In this document: positions 38,510 through 51,029 of the stretch, one piece after another
Numbering within the stretch: the stretch's first letter is position 1
Layout of the letters: each line of letters begins with the position of its first letter
Program-made: the position numbers and the translations under genes
Origin: Schmidtea polychroa
Taxonomy: Eukaryota
Reading direction: 5' to 3'
Length of the DNA stretch: 64,000 nucleotides
Assembly (NCBI GenBank): GCA_044892525.1
Contig: CM097885.1
Span: 21,888,001 to 21,952,000 of the forward strand
The notes under the pieces: generated by a model
Databases searched by the model: none
What the model was told of the DNA's origin: nothing
Seen by the model: the letters and a program-made list of their open reading frames with translations, nothing else

Positions 38510-41500
38510 TTGATGGGATATCCTCAAGGGGCAGAAAAGTGGGAGAATGTTGGAAGGGTAAGCGAGAAAGTATACAGGTTCCTAGAGAGAGAAATGTTTA
38601 AAGAGGAAGTGGAAAGAATTGGAACCATTGAAACGGAGCAGGTTGTTGAAATTTTGTATAACAAAATGCAAGGAAGGCCTAGTATAACAGTAAGGATGAA
38701 TGGGGAAAATTTCGACTGTTTATTAGACACTGGTGCAAGAATCAATGTAATGAGTGTGAACTGTTTTAACAAGCTACGAGGACAACAATTGACAAAAAGT
38801 GACGATAAGTTACGATGCGCAAACGAGAGTACGATCGAGACAATAGGAAAAACAAAGGTGCAAGTAACCATTGGAAATGTTTCGAAGGAAGTTATATTCA
38901 TTGTGGCGGAGAAAGTGACACCAGATGTGATTGGAGGAATCGAATTACAAGAAACATTTGGATTTAGACTGTTAAAAATTAAAGATATCGAGGCTAGTGA
39001 AAAAGACAAGAACTATATTTTTAACATTGAAGCAAAATTTGGCAGAAAAATAAAGGATGAAGAACGATTGATACGAGCGTTGGAACAGTTAAAGATCAAT
39101 GAAGATAGCAAATTAAAGGAAATTATAACAAACAGTGGAAACGTGTTTATGGCAGATAAATGGGATGTGGGTCGCACACATTTGGTAAAACACAAGATAG
39201 TTACAAGAGGTGAGCCGATAAACATAAAACCATATCGCCAACCACTAAATTTGGAATCAAAGATTGAAGAAGCAATACAAAATTTGTACGAAAATGGAAT
39301 TATACGGAAATGTAACTCTCCATGGAATACACCGCTAATATGTGTATGGAAAAAAGAGAAAAAGGATATTAGACTATGCTTGGACTTTAGACAGCTGAAC
39401 GCGGTAACAGAGAGGCAGACATTTCCAATGCCAAACATAGACGAGATGTTGGATGTGTTAGGAGGATCCGTCTTTTTCAGCTCAATCGATCTAGGTAATG
39501 CATATTATCAAGTGGAACTAGAAGAAGAATCACAGGAGAAAACAGCTTTCTCAACAAAGAACGGACAATATTGTTTCAACAGAATGCCGTTTGGAATTGC
39601 AGCAGCACCAGGTACGTTCCAAGAAATGATGACAAAAGTATTAGGCAAAATAAAGGGAGCAATGGTGTATTTGGACAACATCTTGATTTATTCAAGCAGT
39701 AAAGAGAAACACTATACAATACTCGGAGAAGTGTTAAAGGCGATTGAGGAAGGATTTATCCAGGATTAATCCAGAAAAATGCCAAATAATAAAGGAAGAA
39801 ATCAGATTCTTAGGACACATAATCAGCAAGGAAGGAGTACAGACAGATCCATCTAAAATTCAGGCCATACAGAACTTTGGGAAGCCTAATTGCGTAAAGA
39901 AACTCCGAAGCTTTTTAGGTATTTGCAATTATTATAGAAGATTCATCAGTGATTATGCAAAGAAGGCAAGGATGTTAGAACAATTATGTAGCGGACCAAG
40001 TAACAAAAAATTAGAATGGAGTGAAGGAACAAATAGCGTGTTTGAGGGATTGAAATAAGCACTCACGACGGCGCCAATCTTATGTTTACTGGATCTGAAA
40101 AAGGAGTTCATTTTAGATACCGACGCTATTTTCGATACCATTGGAGCAGTACTTTCACAAAGAGATAAAGATGGAAAGGAAAGAGAAATTGCGTATGGAT
40201 CACACTTGATGACGAGCCACGAGAAAGGATATTGTATTACAAGAAAGGAACTATTGGCGGTATATTATTTTTGCATTCATTTTAAGCACTATCTCTACGG
40301 AAGAAGATTCACGCTCAGGACAGACCACAAGGCGATCACGTTTATGATGACAACCAAGAAGCCGATTACTTCACAATTCCAAACATGGATCAATTATTTG
40401 AGCAGTTTAGATATAAGAGTAGAATACGGAAAGGGTATTAATCACCAAAATGCAGACATGGTGTCGAGAACTATATGTGACACGTGTGTTCAATGTCAAA
40501 TGGCCCACGAAGAAGCTAAGAAAGGAAAGATAAAAACCAGATTGCTAGACTCGATCAGAGAAGAAGGAAGAAGCAACATCCAACATGGAATTGTAGAAGA
40601 AGTACGAAAGAAAACGATGATACCTGAAAATGAGTTACAAGAAACAATAAAGGAAATACATAGACTATTGTGTCATGCTGGAGTCGAGAAGATAGCCAAT
40701 TATATGAAAGATAGATATGTTGGAAAACACCTGTGGAGTCAGATTCAGGAAATTGTTCGAAGTTGTGAGATTTGTCAAAAAACCAAGGCTTTAACAATAA
40801 CAACGAAAGAACCAGTAAAAAAACAAGATTCGAAGGAAATGTTCGAAATTATATTCGTGGATATATGTGGACCGTTGACAGAAACAAAAGGACGTAAGAA
40901 GTACATATTGGGCATAATAGATCAGTATAGTAAGTATCAAGTCTTGACAGCGATAACAAAACAAGACGAAGAAACAATAAAGAAAACGATTTTAGAAAAG
41001 TGGATTTTAAGATTTGGATGCCCAAAGGAGATAAGAGTTGATTGCGGAAAGGCGTTTGAATCAGGAATGATGAGAGAATTCACAAAGATGCTAGATATTA
41101 AATTATGTTTTTCGAGTCCATACCATCACCAAACAAACGGTCAGATAGAAAGACAATTCAGGACAATACGGGATTTGATAAATGCTATTTTACAGGATAG
41201 AAAGAAGACGGATTGGGCAGAGATATTACCAGAAGTCGAATTCACTTTAAATACAACCAAACAAAAAACGACAGGGAAAAGCCCGGCAGAGATAGTTTTT
41301 GGAAAAAAGATTAGCAGGGAAAAATGGTACGGGTCCAAAGAAATACCGATAAAGGAAGAACTAGAAGAACAAACAAGGAGAAAATTCAATGTAGGAGAAG
41401 AAGTATTAGTAAAAGTAGAAACACGCCACAAAGGCCAGGAGAGGTATGAAGGTCCGTACAAAGTGATAGAGAAAGTGCATGATAGACGATACATCTTAAG

Positions 41501-41570
41501 AAATGAAGATGGAAAAAGGATCGAAAGAAATGTGGAAAAACTTAAAAATTTCTTAAGAAGGGGGATATGA
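38510..41570 (+). pseudogene. pol: pol (protease, RT, RNase H, integrase with GPY/F) of gypsy A
   Basis: LLDTGA, LCLDFR, MPFG, YLDN (YLDD mutated), DTDA, HHCC, DICGP...D...E core, YEGPYKV. Frameshift ~39760, stop 40056. Confidence 0.95.
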
Positions 41571-41792
41571 GGAAGTTTTATCATGAAGAAATTTTTAAAT
41601 TGAAAATTTTAAAAATTAAATTTTAGATTAATTTTTAAAATAAGAAGATATTTTAATTAAAAATATCTTCGTAGAAAATTTGTTTAAATAAGAAAGTTTT
41701 AAGAAGATATAATTTGATTTTGATATTTACTGAAATAAAATTTATGGAAACAAAAACTGATTTTGATGTTTCACAGGATAAACATCCTAATA
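41566..41792 (+). repeat. 3' LTR of gypsy A
   Basis: Direct repeat of the 5' LTR, preceded by the PPT. Confidence 0.95.
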
Positions 41793-41989
41793 TTCGGCAT
41801 AGCCTTTTTCAAGTGATTCTAATTCACTACATTTATTTAATTTTGTTAATAAAGTCGAATTTCAAAAACACAAGTGAATGTAAAGATTTATCAGATAATC
41901 TTGAAGGTATTTTTGTATAAAAATTATTGTATAAAAAAATACTCTTTCCGAATCGATTGAAATGCACTAATTGTTGCTATAGCATTCAA

Positions 41990-42270
41990 TAAATGTTATT
42001 GTGCACTAATAAATGTTTCAAACTCAATTTTAATTCACCTTTATTGTGGCTACACATTATTCTGACAAGTCCAAGATAATAATTCGTGAAGATACAGAGT
42101 GAATATTTATGTTGAGAAATCTACGATTGTCTATTCGTCCATTCCTCCAACGTAATTGAAAATGTATTACATTGTAAAAGATTACTCTTAATTTCGCTTA
42201 TTATTTGTTGAAAATTATTAACATGGGCCATAACTAGGGTTACCACCTTTTTCTCGACCGATATACGAAC
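41990..42270 (-). pseudogene. hAT transposase remnant
   Basis: IKSNLLQCNTFSITLEEWTN...YYLGLVRI resembles the FSITxDxWT / LGL catalytic-domain start. Confidence 0.55.
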
Positions 42271-44307
42271 ACTCAAACCAATTAAAAAATAATAATAATT
42301 TAAATAAAAAATCAATTTTATAATAAGTGTATCTATAATATTTATTTAAATATTAATATTAGGCTAACCTACTGAAAATTTTTAAGAGCACAATATTTAC
42401 CCTTCAGACAAATTGAAGAAAACTCGTTACAAAAACTTAACTTTAACTCTATTAACAAACAGGTAGTGGCATTAAGTTTACGTAAAACAATATTTTTAAG
42501 CTAAATTAATTTTTTTTTACATGGAATTTAATTAATTGATACAATAACCGAACATTTTAACGTTCAGTCTGGGTGCCAAACGAACTGTTCGTACGAAAAC
42601 CGAACGGGTGGTAAGCCCATAACAGAATTTTCTTTTTGCTAGAAGCGACATTCCTCTTCGTGAAAATGATTGACGGATAAGAAAACGATTGGAAAAACCA
42701 TCTTCTGAGGACAATTTTGAGACAAGCTATTCCAGTGATTCTTTTATGATGAATTCAGTGCATACTGAGTAGATGGCGATGCATATTTGGAATGTTTCAT
42801 TGAGGACAAGAGATTGTATGTTTGCATGCGTTGCATACGGCATAAATTTATATTGATTTTTATTCTTTGTGGTTGTGTGGGGCAACAAAATGAAATATAA
42901 CTAACTAAATTAAGTAATCAATTATTAATATTAATTAATTATTCAGCAAAATAGAAAAAACAAAAAAACAGTTGGATTATTATATTTGTAATATTTTAAT
43001 GCAGACTTATAGAATTTTTTTAATCGGTTTTCAAAATCTTTCAAAAAAATATAATGAAATTTAAATATTGTAATATTCAAAAATAAAAATCATCAGAAAG
43101 GTAAAACGTCTATCAAATCAATATCCCAAGAAATTTTTGTGTTAATGTAAAGCTCGAAGCTCGGTAAGCTTTGATCTCGAACTTTGAGCTCTGGGAATTT
43201 CCGGACTTCAATGAGCTTAATGAAAATTGATCCGAAACCCATTCATGGTGAAGGTGACGTCTCTTCTGAAGGTATTGCAGGAGCAGTTTATCGATCAATG
43301 GAATGATTTCACGACACAAAATGCATTTGAAAGACTACTCTAGTCAAGATCTGAAACAAAATGTATAATTCCTTTCCCACTATATCTGACCACAACCAAC
43401 GAAACTATTCGTAATTTCCGATGATGAAAATATTCATTCATCAAATGACGAAAATATTGTTCAATATGGTGGTTCTGATGTACCTTTAATTAAATTTAAT
43501 TTGAATAAGGCACATTCTATTGTTTGAATGGTTTCTTTAAATTTAAATAAATAAATTATCCCTGCACCATTATAAAATAAATTAAATTCTGTTATATCCG
43601 AAATGGGATATGTTAAAATTCAATTCTGTATTGATGTAGAAATTTAAAAAATGGACAATTTTAGTCTTTTATAATATCTTATTCGGCGAAACCCATCAGT
43701 GATACCTTTTTAGATGAAGGTATTGCTCTTTTGAATGAAGAAATAACAAGTCTGCGAAAATGGTAGCAACCTGTCAATTATTAAAATTAGTTTTAAATTG
43801 AAAAAATATTCACAGGTTTAGTGGTCACGGAGGTATTGATGCTCCTCCAAAATTTTCCTTAAAATATTGTACGGTTAATGTTTGCAAGGATTTTAATTAA
43901 CTCGTTAACTTGTGATTCATTGTTATGAAGTTTAATAAATTGTTCATTGATTTAAAATTGATTTTTGGATTCTATAATAATTACTCAAGTAATCTGAAGC
44001 TATATATAGAAGTTAAGGAAGTTTTACTTAAGTAATTAAACTTGATAAGTCATTTTCGTTTATATATATATTTTAAAATAATCAATTCTGAGTTAAGTAA
44101 ATAGAAACTCGGTTGGGTTTGGACAACTGGGGTAGTGGGCCGCCATGTTCATAAGTGAGCCATGAAATGCCAACATACAAAATGAAGGAATTGGTAGCAG
44201 TGGCACATACAAAATGAATTGTTGTCATTTGAACGTACAAACAAGTATCAAATAAGAAAATAATATTTATTCAACAAAACGAATCCTCGAAAATATCATT
44301 CTATAAT

Positions 44308-45539
44308 TCACTTAAAAAATTGCTTATTAATTTTCTTCTCTCCCCTCCGAGCGCGTTTCGCTTCTTTTATTGCTCCTTTCCTACTGCGCCTCTCGTCACC
44401 TGTTTCATTCTGCGGCCTCTGCACGTGAAACTGCGACACGTCAGTCCTTGGCAATTCCATTATCTCATCTCCAGACTCGGATTTATCAACGGCATTTATT
44501 GATTCGTGCACTCGTTTTTTTGGCTTTTCAATTGTTATTAATTTCGGTTGATATTTGCTGACCACATCAATCTTATGCAGAGCATTTGTAGTCACTTTAG
44601 GTTGCCTATAAGACCATCTATCTACAGCTTTATCGATTTCCACCCGGTCAAATTCAGTCTCGTTCCTATCTAGATTTCGGTAAAAAGCATCATTTAGATC
44701 AACCTTGAAATCAAGTTTTGCTCTAAAATAGTTACATTATTGATTTATAAAAATAAAATGTTTTTTACTTTCCATAATCCTTATCTTGCTCATATGCACA
44801 CATTAATGATTTTGACATAAAACTACCCTTTGTAGAACATACCGGTTCGGGTATTCTGAATTTAATTTGATTTAGAAAGGCTTCTGAAATATCATTTGTG
44901 GCCATCTTAACATTGTTAAGATCATAATGGGAATTGGTGGCAGAATCATTTTCTTCATCATCCATAATATTATTTCCGAAAAATTGACTAAATATTCCTT
45001 TATCACCCTTTATTGCTGGTTTTGCAGAAATTTCATTGAAACTATTGTTGTCTAATGTTTTCATTAGTTCTTTATCATTTTCTTCGTTCCCTATTTCTTT
45101 CATATCCGCCAATTTAATAAAATCATCTTCTAATTCAGATAATTCAGCATCACTGTCTAGTCCATTTAAAATTTCTTCGTCTAATTCATCCTTTATTATG
45201 GTTTTAATATTTTCTAAACTATCATTTCCTTCATTGTCATATTGCACTTCTTTCAGAACAGTTACTCTATTTATTGATTGAGATTGCAAAACGTTGGATT
45301 TAATTTTATCACTTTTTATAATTTCTTTTAAATCAGTTGTCTGATCTTTGAAATCCTCGAGACCTATTAAATGTTGCATATAATCATAACCATCGTTGAA
45401 ATAAATTCCGTAATTAAAGTGTTCTGGTTCGTCTATATTCTGTGATTCTGATTTAGGAAAAAAGGGAACAGGAACGAATTTTTTCTTCGGCTAATTAAAA
45501 TGTTTAAACACATCACATAAATTCAAATATATTTACCAT
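44308..45539 (-). CDS. LTV1: Protein LTV1 homolog, copy B
   Basis: Exons 45539-45537, 45490-44769, 44722-44308; same intron positions and motifs as copy A; open frame. Confidence 0.9.
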
Positions 45540-45917
45540 GTTAAATTAAAGATTTTTAAAACAAGATATTTAAACAATATTTGGGTTAAAACATTTTCAT
45601 TAATGATTTTAAATTTATTATTATAACGAACAAGATTTTTTAATATGCATAACTTTAAAATTTATTAAATAACTAATTTAATATAAAAATTTAAAAATTT
45701 AAAAACCAAATTGATCTTAATTTACTATTTTATCAAAGATTTTGTAAAAAATTTAATTTTATCTATATTTATTTCTTATATTTTTCATAGTTAGATATCT
45801 TTTTGTTTAAATAATTTGGAATTGGCGATTTTTGTGAATTAATTAAAACTTGTTATTTATAAATTCTTTGATTAAATATATATTGTTAGTTTCAAGATTT
45901 TTGCTGCAAATTTAAAG

Positions 45918-46612
45918 ATGGATTTAACTGGCGACCACGCCGAAAATCAAAATATCAACGTCATTTCGAAATCGACAAAATCGCTAATGGAATGCCTACC
46001 GAAATCATGCCAAGACATGCTCACACTGAACATCAGACGATATGATGGACGAGGTTTAAAAAAAACCGAAGAATGGATCAGGGATATAGAAGAATGGTTG
46101 CTGACAAATGGACAGCGATTCACAAGCACTTTCGATGTGTTATTGGTGGTAGAAGTAAAGAAATTGTGGGAAACGTCAGAGAAACAGAAACAACAGATGT
46201 GAAAGCCAAAGCGTGGTTTTTAAATACGTTCACAATTACAAAATCAATGACTGACAAAATCAGAGAATTGGCAGCTATGGAACAGGAAGATGATGAAAGG
46301 TTTGCAGCTTTTGAGATACGACTAAGGAAAGCTTTAGCTGAAGTTGTTAATTCAGGACGATCAGAAGAAGATATTGTTCAAGACCTCATCGCAAATAAAG
46401 TACGCGATGTGAGACTGAGGGAGATACTATTGACGAAACCAGAAACAAAAATTGAAGGAACGAGATCATGGGCGAAAATTTTTGAAAGTAACAAAAATGG
46501 AAACCATAAAACGGAACAATCTCCAAGAGAACAATTCTTGAGAAATACGAGAATCCCGAATAGCTCAGAAAGGAAGCTGCCAACAATATCCATGAAGAAT
46601 ATTGTAGTATGA
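45918..46612 (+). pseudogene. gag: gag of gypsy B (frameshifted, 3' part apparently deleted)
   Basis: RYDGRG...EEWIRDIEEWL then EQEDDERFAAFEIRLR; position right after the PBS. Confidence 0.75.
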
Positions 46613-46659
46613 TATTATTGTGCGGAGTTTTTTCAACTGGAGGTGAAGAAGCAATGAGA

Positions 46660-49600
46660 TACATGACTATACCGGCCACATGGAATCAGAAGACCAAAAT
46701 AATCACAGTAGTAGTAGTAAAAGAGATCAAACCCGAATTCATAGGGGGCATTGATACAATGAAAGAGTTTAGAGTAAAGTTAGTGAAAATCAATAATATA
46801 GAAACATCATTGATAAACAAATTTTACACTGATGAAGACAGAATAAATAAAGCACTAGTGGCGATTGCAGGTGAGAATAGTAAAGATATTAAAGGAATGA
46901 TCAGAGAGTACGGCGGAATTTTTATGGCATCGAAATTCGATCTGGGATTTACAAACTTAGTTCGACATGAGATGCGGATAACAGGAGGCCCAATAATGCA
47001 ACATCTTCGACGTCAACCGATGCACATGGAGAAAAGGATTGAAGAACTGGTAAAAGATATAATGAAAGGAAATGTTATTCGGTGTTGCAAGAGTCCTTGG
47101 AATGCTCTATTAGTGATAGTAGGGAAGAAAGACTGAACTATCAGGATGTGTGTAGATTATCGTGGATTGAATTCCATAACAGAAAAAGAATCATTTCTGA
47201 TGCCTAACACCAAATTCTAACTAGACTGTCTCACGAATGCAAAAGTATTTTCGTCAATCGATTTAGGTCAGGCGTATTATCAAGTGGAGTTGGCTCCAGA
47301 AATTCAAGAAATGACTGCATTCAGTACAAGAGAAGGACAATTTTGCTTCAATAGACTACCGTTTGGCTTAGCAACAGCTCCTGCGACATTCCAGAGACTG
47401 ATGCACACAGTGCTAGAAGGAATGCTATTCAAGGGAGTAGTAGTTTATCTAGATGATATCTTGGTATATGGTAAAAGTCAAAAAGACCACGATGAGCTAT
47501 TATGGGAAATATTCAGAAGAATTCAAGTGGCAGGACTGAAGATAAATCCAGAAAAATGCAAATTCAATAAAACAGAATTGTGTTTCCTTGGTCACACAAT
47601 TAACGAGAAGGGTATCCAGACAAACAGGAAGAAAGTGGAAGAGATCGAGAAAGCAGAAGTACCAAAATGTTCAAAACAATTGAGATCGTTTCTCGGATTA
47701 ACGAACTACTATAGAAGATTCATCAAAGACTATGCCAAAATCGCCGAACCATTATACGCTGCAACATCTGGATGCGATAAAGATATATTTTGAATAAAAG
47801 AATGCAATGAGAGCTTCCAAACTCTGAAGAGATGGTTGTGCGAAGCACCTATCTTTGACTTTCCAAGAGAAGATATGACTTTTATCTTAGACACAGACGC
47901 TAGTTTCGGAGCCATTGGTGCAGTTTTGAGTCAAATTACAGAAGATGGAGAAGAATCTGTCATAGCTTATGGCTCGAGACATATGTCATCACATGAAAAG
48001 GGATACTGTGTAACCAGGAAAGAACTGCTCGCCGTACATGAATACGTCATGCATTTTAGAGAATATCTGTACGGGGAAAAATTCATAATTCGCACCGACC
48101 ACAAAGCATTGGTTTCATGGTCACTACAAAAAGGCCAATCAGTCCGCAGTTCCAAACATTGTTTGCTAACCTGTCGGAATATGATTTTGAACTAAAATAT
48201 CGGAATGGCGAAGAACACTCGAAAAGCCGACGGACTATCAAGATTAAAATTTATGATTTGCACCCAGTGTCAAACAAGACATGAAAAAGCTAAGGAAGGA
48301 AAATCAAAGATTAGATATATATTCTGATTAATTGTCGATGCTCGAGTCTGTGTGCGCTTTTGCTTTGTTGATTTGGATGTGCGCACACAGACGCGAAAAA
48401 GTGAGAAGAGTATGTTTTGTTGAATGTTTTCGCGTCTGTGTGCAGAATTATGGTAATATGGATGTGCGCACACAGACGCGAGCAAGAGTTATGTCGCAAT
48501 TTTTATTAAATGTTTTTTGTAATTTTTTGATTTATAGAGTTCGAGGAAGCTTTTGTTTGAACTGGTGAGTTGTGTGGGTATTTTGAATTGGCAGATTTGG
48601 CTTAAAAGAACTGATTTTATAATTTTGAACTGATTTATAATTTGATTTGAACTTTTGGACTCAGAGTTGTGGATGGTATCGATTTTGTTTTGTGTTCTTG
48701 GCTATTTCGAATTTGAAATATGGAAAATAATGAATGTATGATATGTCGTATGTCAATGAACGATATGGCGAAGAGATGTCTTTTCAGCAGTGAAACTTGT
48801 CCACGTGATCGTGGCTCAGCAAGATCGTTACAAATTATTAATGGAAGTTTTTCAAAACGATCGGAAATCAACGATTTAATTTCTGTAAATCATGAAATGA
48901 CAGAAGAGGAACTCCAAGAGATGTTTATGAAATTTGCCCAAAGCGATCAAAAGATAAACTGGCTAACTTATGGATATTATATTATATTCAATCGATATCT
49001 TAAAAAGATCAACACAACTCCAATGTTTATGAGTCGAAGTGTTGAACAATTATTCAATGTTTCAAATTCAATCATGGCTCAATCCCAAGTTATTGGACAC
49101 GATAAATGGTATTGTACAAATAAAGCGTGTGATATTAACTACAATGAAATTCTTCTGATGTGTCTTAGATTTAAACATATACTATCCAAAGAACAGAAGC
49201 TATGAAAAAAGTATGGGAGCAACAACAAAAGGACATTCGGTTTCAAGAGCTGCGAGAGATATTGGGAAATGGATGTACACGGGAGAAAAAGAACTGTTTT
49301 CCTTTTAACGTAAAAAATACACAAATTGATGGAGGATTAATAACAGTAGAAAAGAACAAAAATATCTTAATGTTAGTCCCAGAAACAGTTGCAGGCCTGT
49401 TAACAACAACGCTACATGAAGAACTATGTCACATTGGAGTTAAGAAATTATTTCATTATATGGAAAAGATATTTTATTGGCCGAAAATACAAGAAACAAT
49501 CCAACTCTGTTTACGATGTTGCGAGATCTGCGCTAAGAGAAAGATCGATCAGACAAGAACCAAGGAAACATTTATTCCTAGATATAGCTCTGAATTCCTA

Positions 49601-50376
49601 GAACAGATTGTTATATATGTGGCTTACATGGAAATAAACGCCAAAAAATATATATGATAGTAATGGTGGACAGTTTTAGCAAACTGATTTCTTTAACTGC
49701 AATCTCAAAGCAAGACGAAGGGACCATTTTCAAAACAATACTTAATAGTTGGATCTATCGATTTGGAAAACCGAAGAGTATTTTAACAGATAGAGGGCGA
49801 AATTTCAAAGGGAATTTTCTAAGACAGAAGCTACAGAAACTTGGAATCAAACAGGAATTCAGCTCACCTTACCAGCACCAATAAAATGGTTTAGCCGAAA
49901 GAGCCATACGAACAATAAGAGATCTTATTACAGCAACATTGGCAGGCGGATGTGAAGACAGAAACTGGCATGAACTTCTACCCAAAATAGAGTTCACTAT
50001 AAATAGCAGTCGACAAAGTACTACAGGTTTATCACCATTTGAGATAATTTATGGACGGAGTGTTAACCTACACTCTAACCTGAAACAAGCCGAGATATCA
50101 AGAAGCGAAAGAATCGAAGACGCGAGATTTAACTCGAGTAAAGCCGCAGACACTATGAGAGCTATGGATAAGACAAAGAGGGGCACTCGTGTTTTTGAGG
50201 TGGGGGAGGAGGTACTCGTACGTAAAGAGCCGCAGAACAAGCACAAGGATGGTATGCAATACGATGGCCCATATAAAATCGCCAGATTTCAATCACCTCA
50301 TCGAGTCGAACTACATTCACAAGAAGGAACGAAAGAAAGAAGAATTGAGTGGCTGAAGAAGTGGAAAAAGCCTTGA
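46660..50376 (+). pseudogene. pol: pol of gypsy B (partial PR, RT, RH, IN), multiple stops and frameshifts
   Basis: SPWN, RMCVDYR, LPFGL, VYLDDILV, FLGLTNYYRRFI, RTDHKAL, LHEELCH, ILTDRG, SPFEIIYG. Stops at 47134, 47218, 47791, 49882. Confidence 0.93.
48720..49177 (+). CDS. Orphan ORF fragment inside an ~855-bp insertion in gypsy B pol
   Basis: ATG-initiated open frame not similar to pol; runs off the insertion edge into pol sequence. Confidence 0.5.
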
Positions 50377-51029
50377 GAAGGGGTTAGGTAGATATCTTTT
50401 GTTTATATAATTTGGAATTGGCGGTTTTTGTGAATTAATTAAAACTTGTTATTTATAAATTCTTTGAATAAATATATATAGTTAGTTTCAAGATTTTTCT
50501 GCGAAATTTAAAGAAGGATTTAACTTTCATCATTAATTAGAAATTATCACGGAGCCATGCGCATTGGTCGAGTTATATCGCGGAACATTTCATTTAATTA
50601 TTATTATAATTTCTTTTAATTATTATTTTATTTTGCTTCTTCACTTTTTTCATTTTAAATTGGTAAATAGATAAGTTCAAGTTTAAATATAAATTTTATA
50701 ACAATGTTTTTAAGCAAATTTTCTAAGACTTTAATTTCGAAGTTCTTAAATTTTTAAAATAAAATTAAAATTCATGATTGTATAATTGTATTTCGATGTT
50801 AATAAAGTTTAATAAAGCTTTGAGTTTACCTATCAAACGCCAAAGTGTACATGCTGAGTGGTGCCCAGTAGTATGATTAGGGAGATTAGTGAGCCATATC
50901 ACATCCTGGCTTAGTAGGTAGTTCTACCAGTTGTCGCTCAAACATTTGTTGAGGTCTCAATAATTGATAGACTTAACTGTTTCTTTTAAAAAGTAAAAGA
51001 AATAAATTGGGAATATATGATATATATAT

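Larger units (their letters stand above)
37238..41792 (+). mobile_element. Full-length compact Ty3/gypsy LTR retrotransposon A (4555 bp), inactivated
   Basis: 227-bp LTRs with 6 mismatches, TSD TTCGG (37233-37237 and 41793-41797), PBS, PPT AAGAAGGGGGA, gag-PR-RT-RH-IN order. Confidence 0.97.
45789..50525 (+). mobile_element. Ty3/gypsy LTR retrotransposon B, decayed, with internal insertion
   Basis: LTRs 45789-45929 and 50386-50525 (~9 differences), TSD TTCAT on both sides, PBS TGGCGACCACG (tRNA-Arg type), PPT GAGAAGGGG, RT YLDD, RH DTDAS, IN with YDGPY. Confidence 0.95.

Noticed and set aside
37751..41584. Long antisense ORFs over gypsy A (37825, 38524, 39013, 41141)
   Set aside because: Expected shadows of an A-rich coding strand; no domain features.
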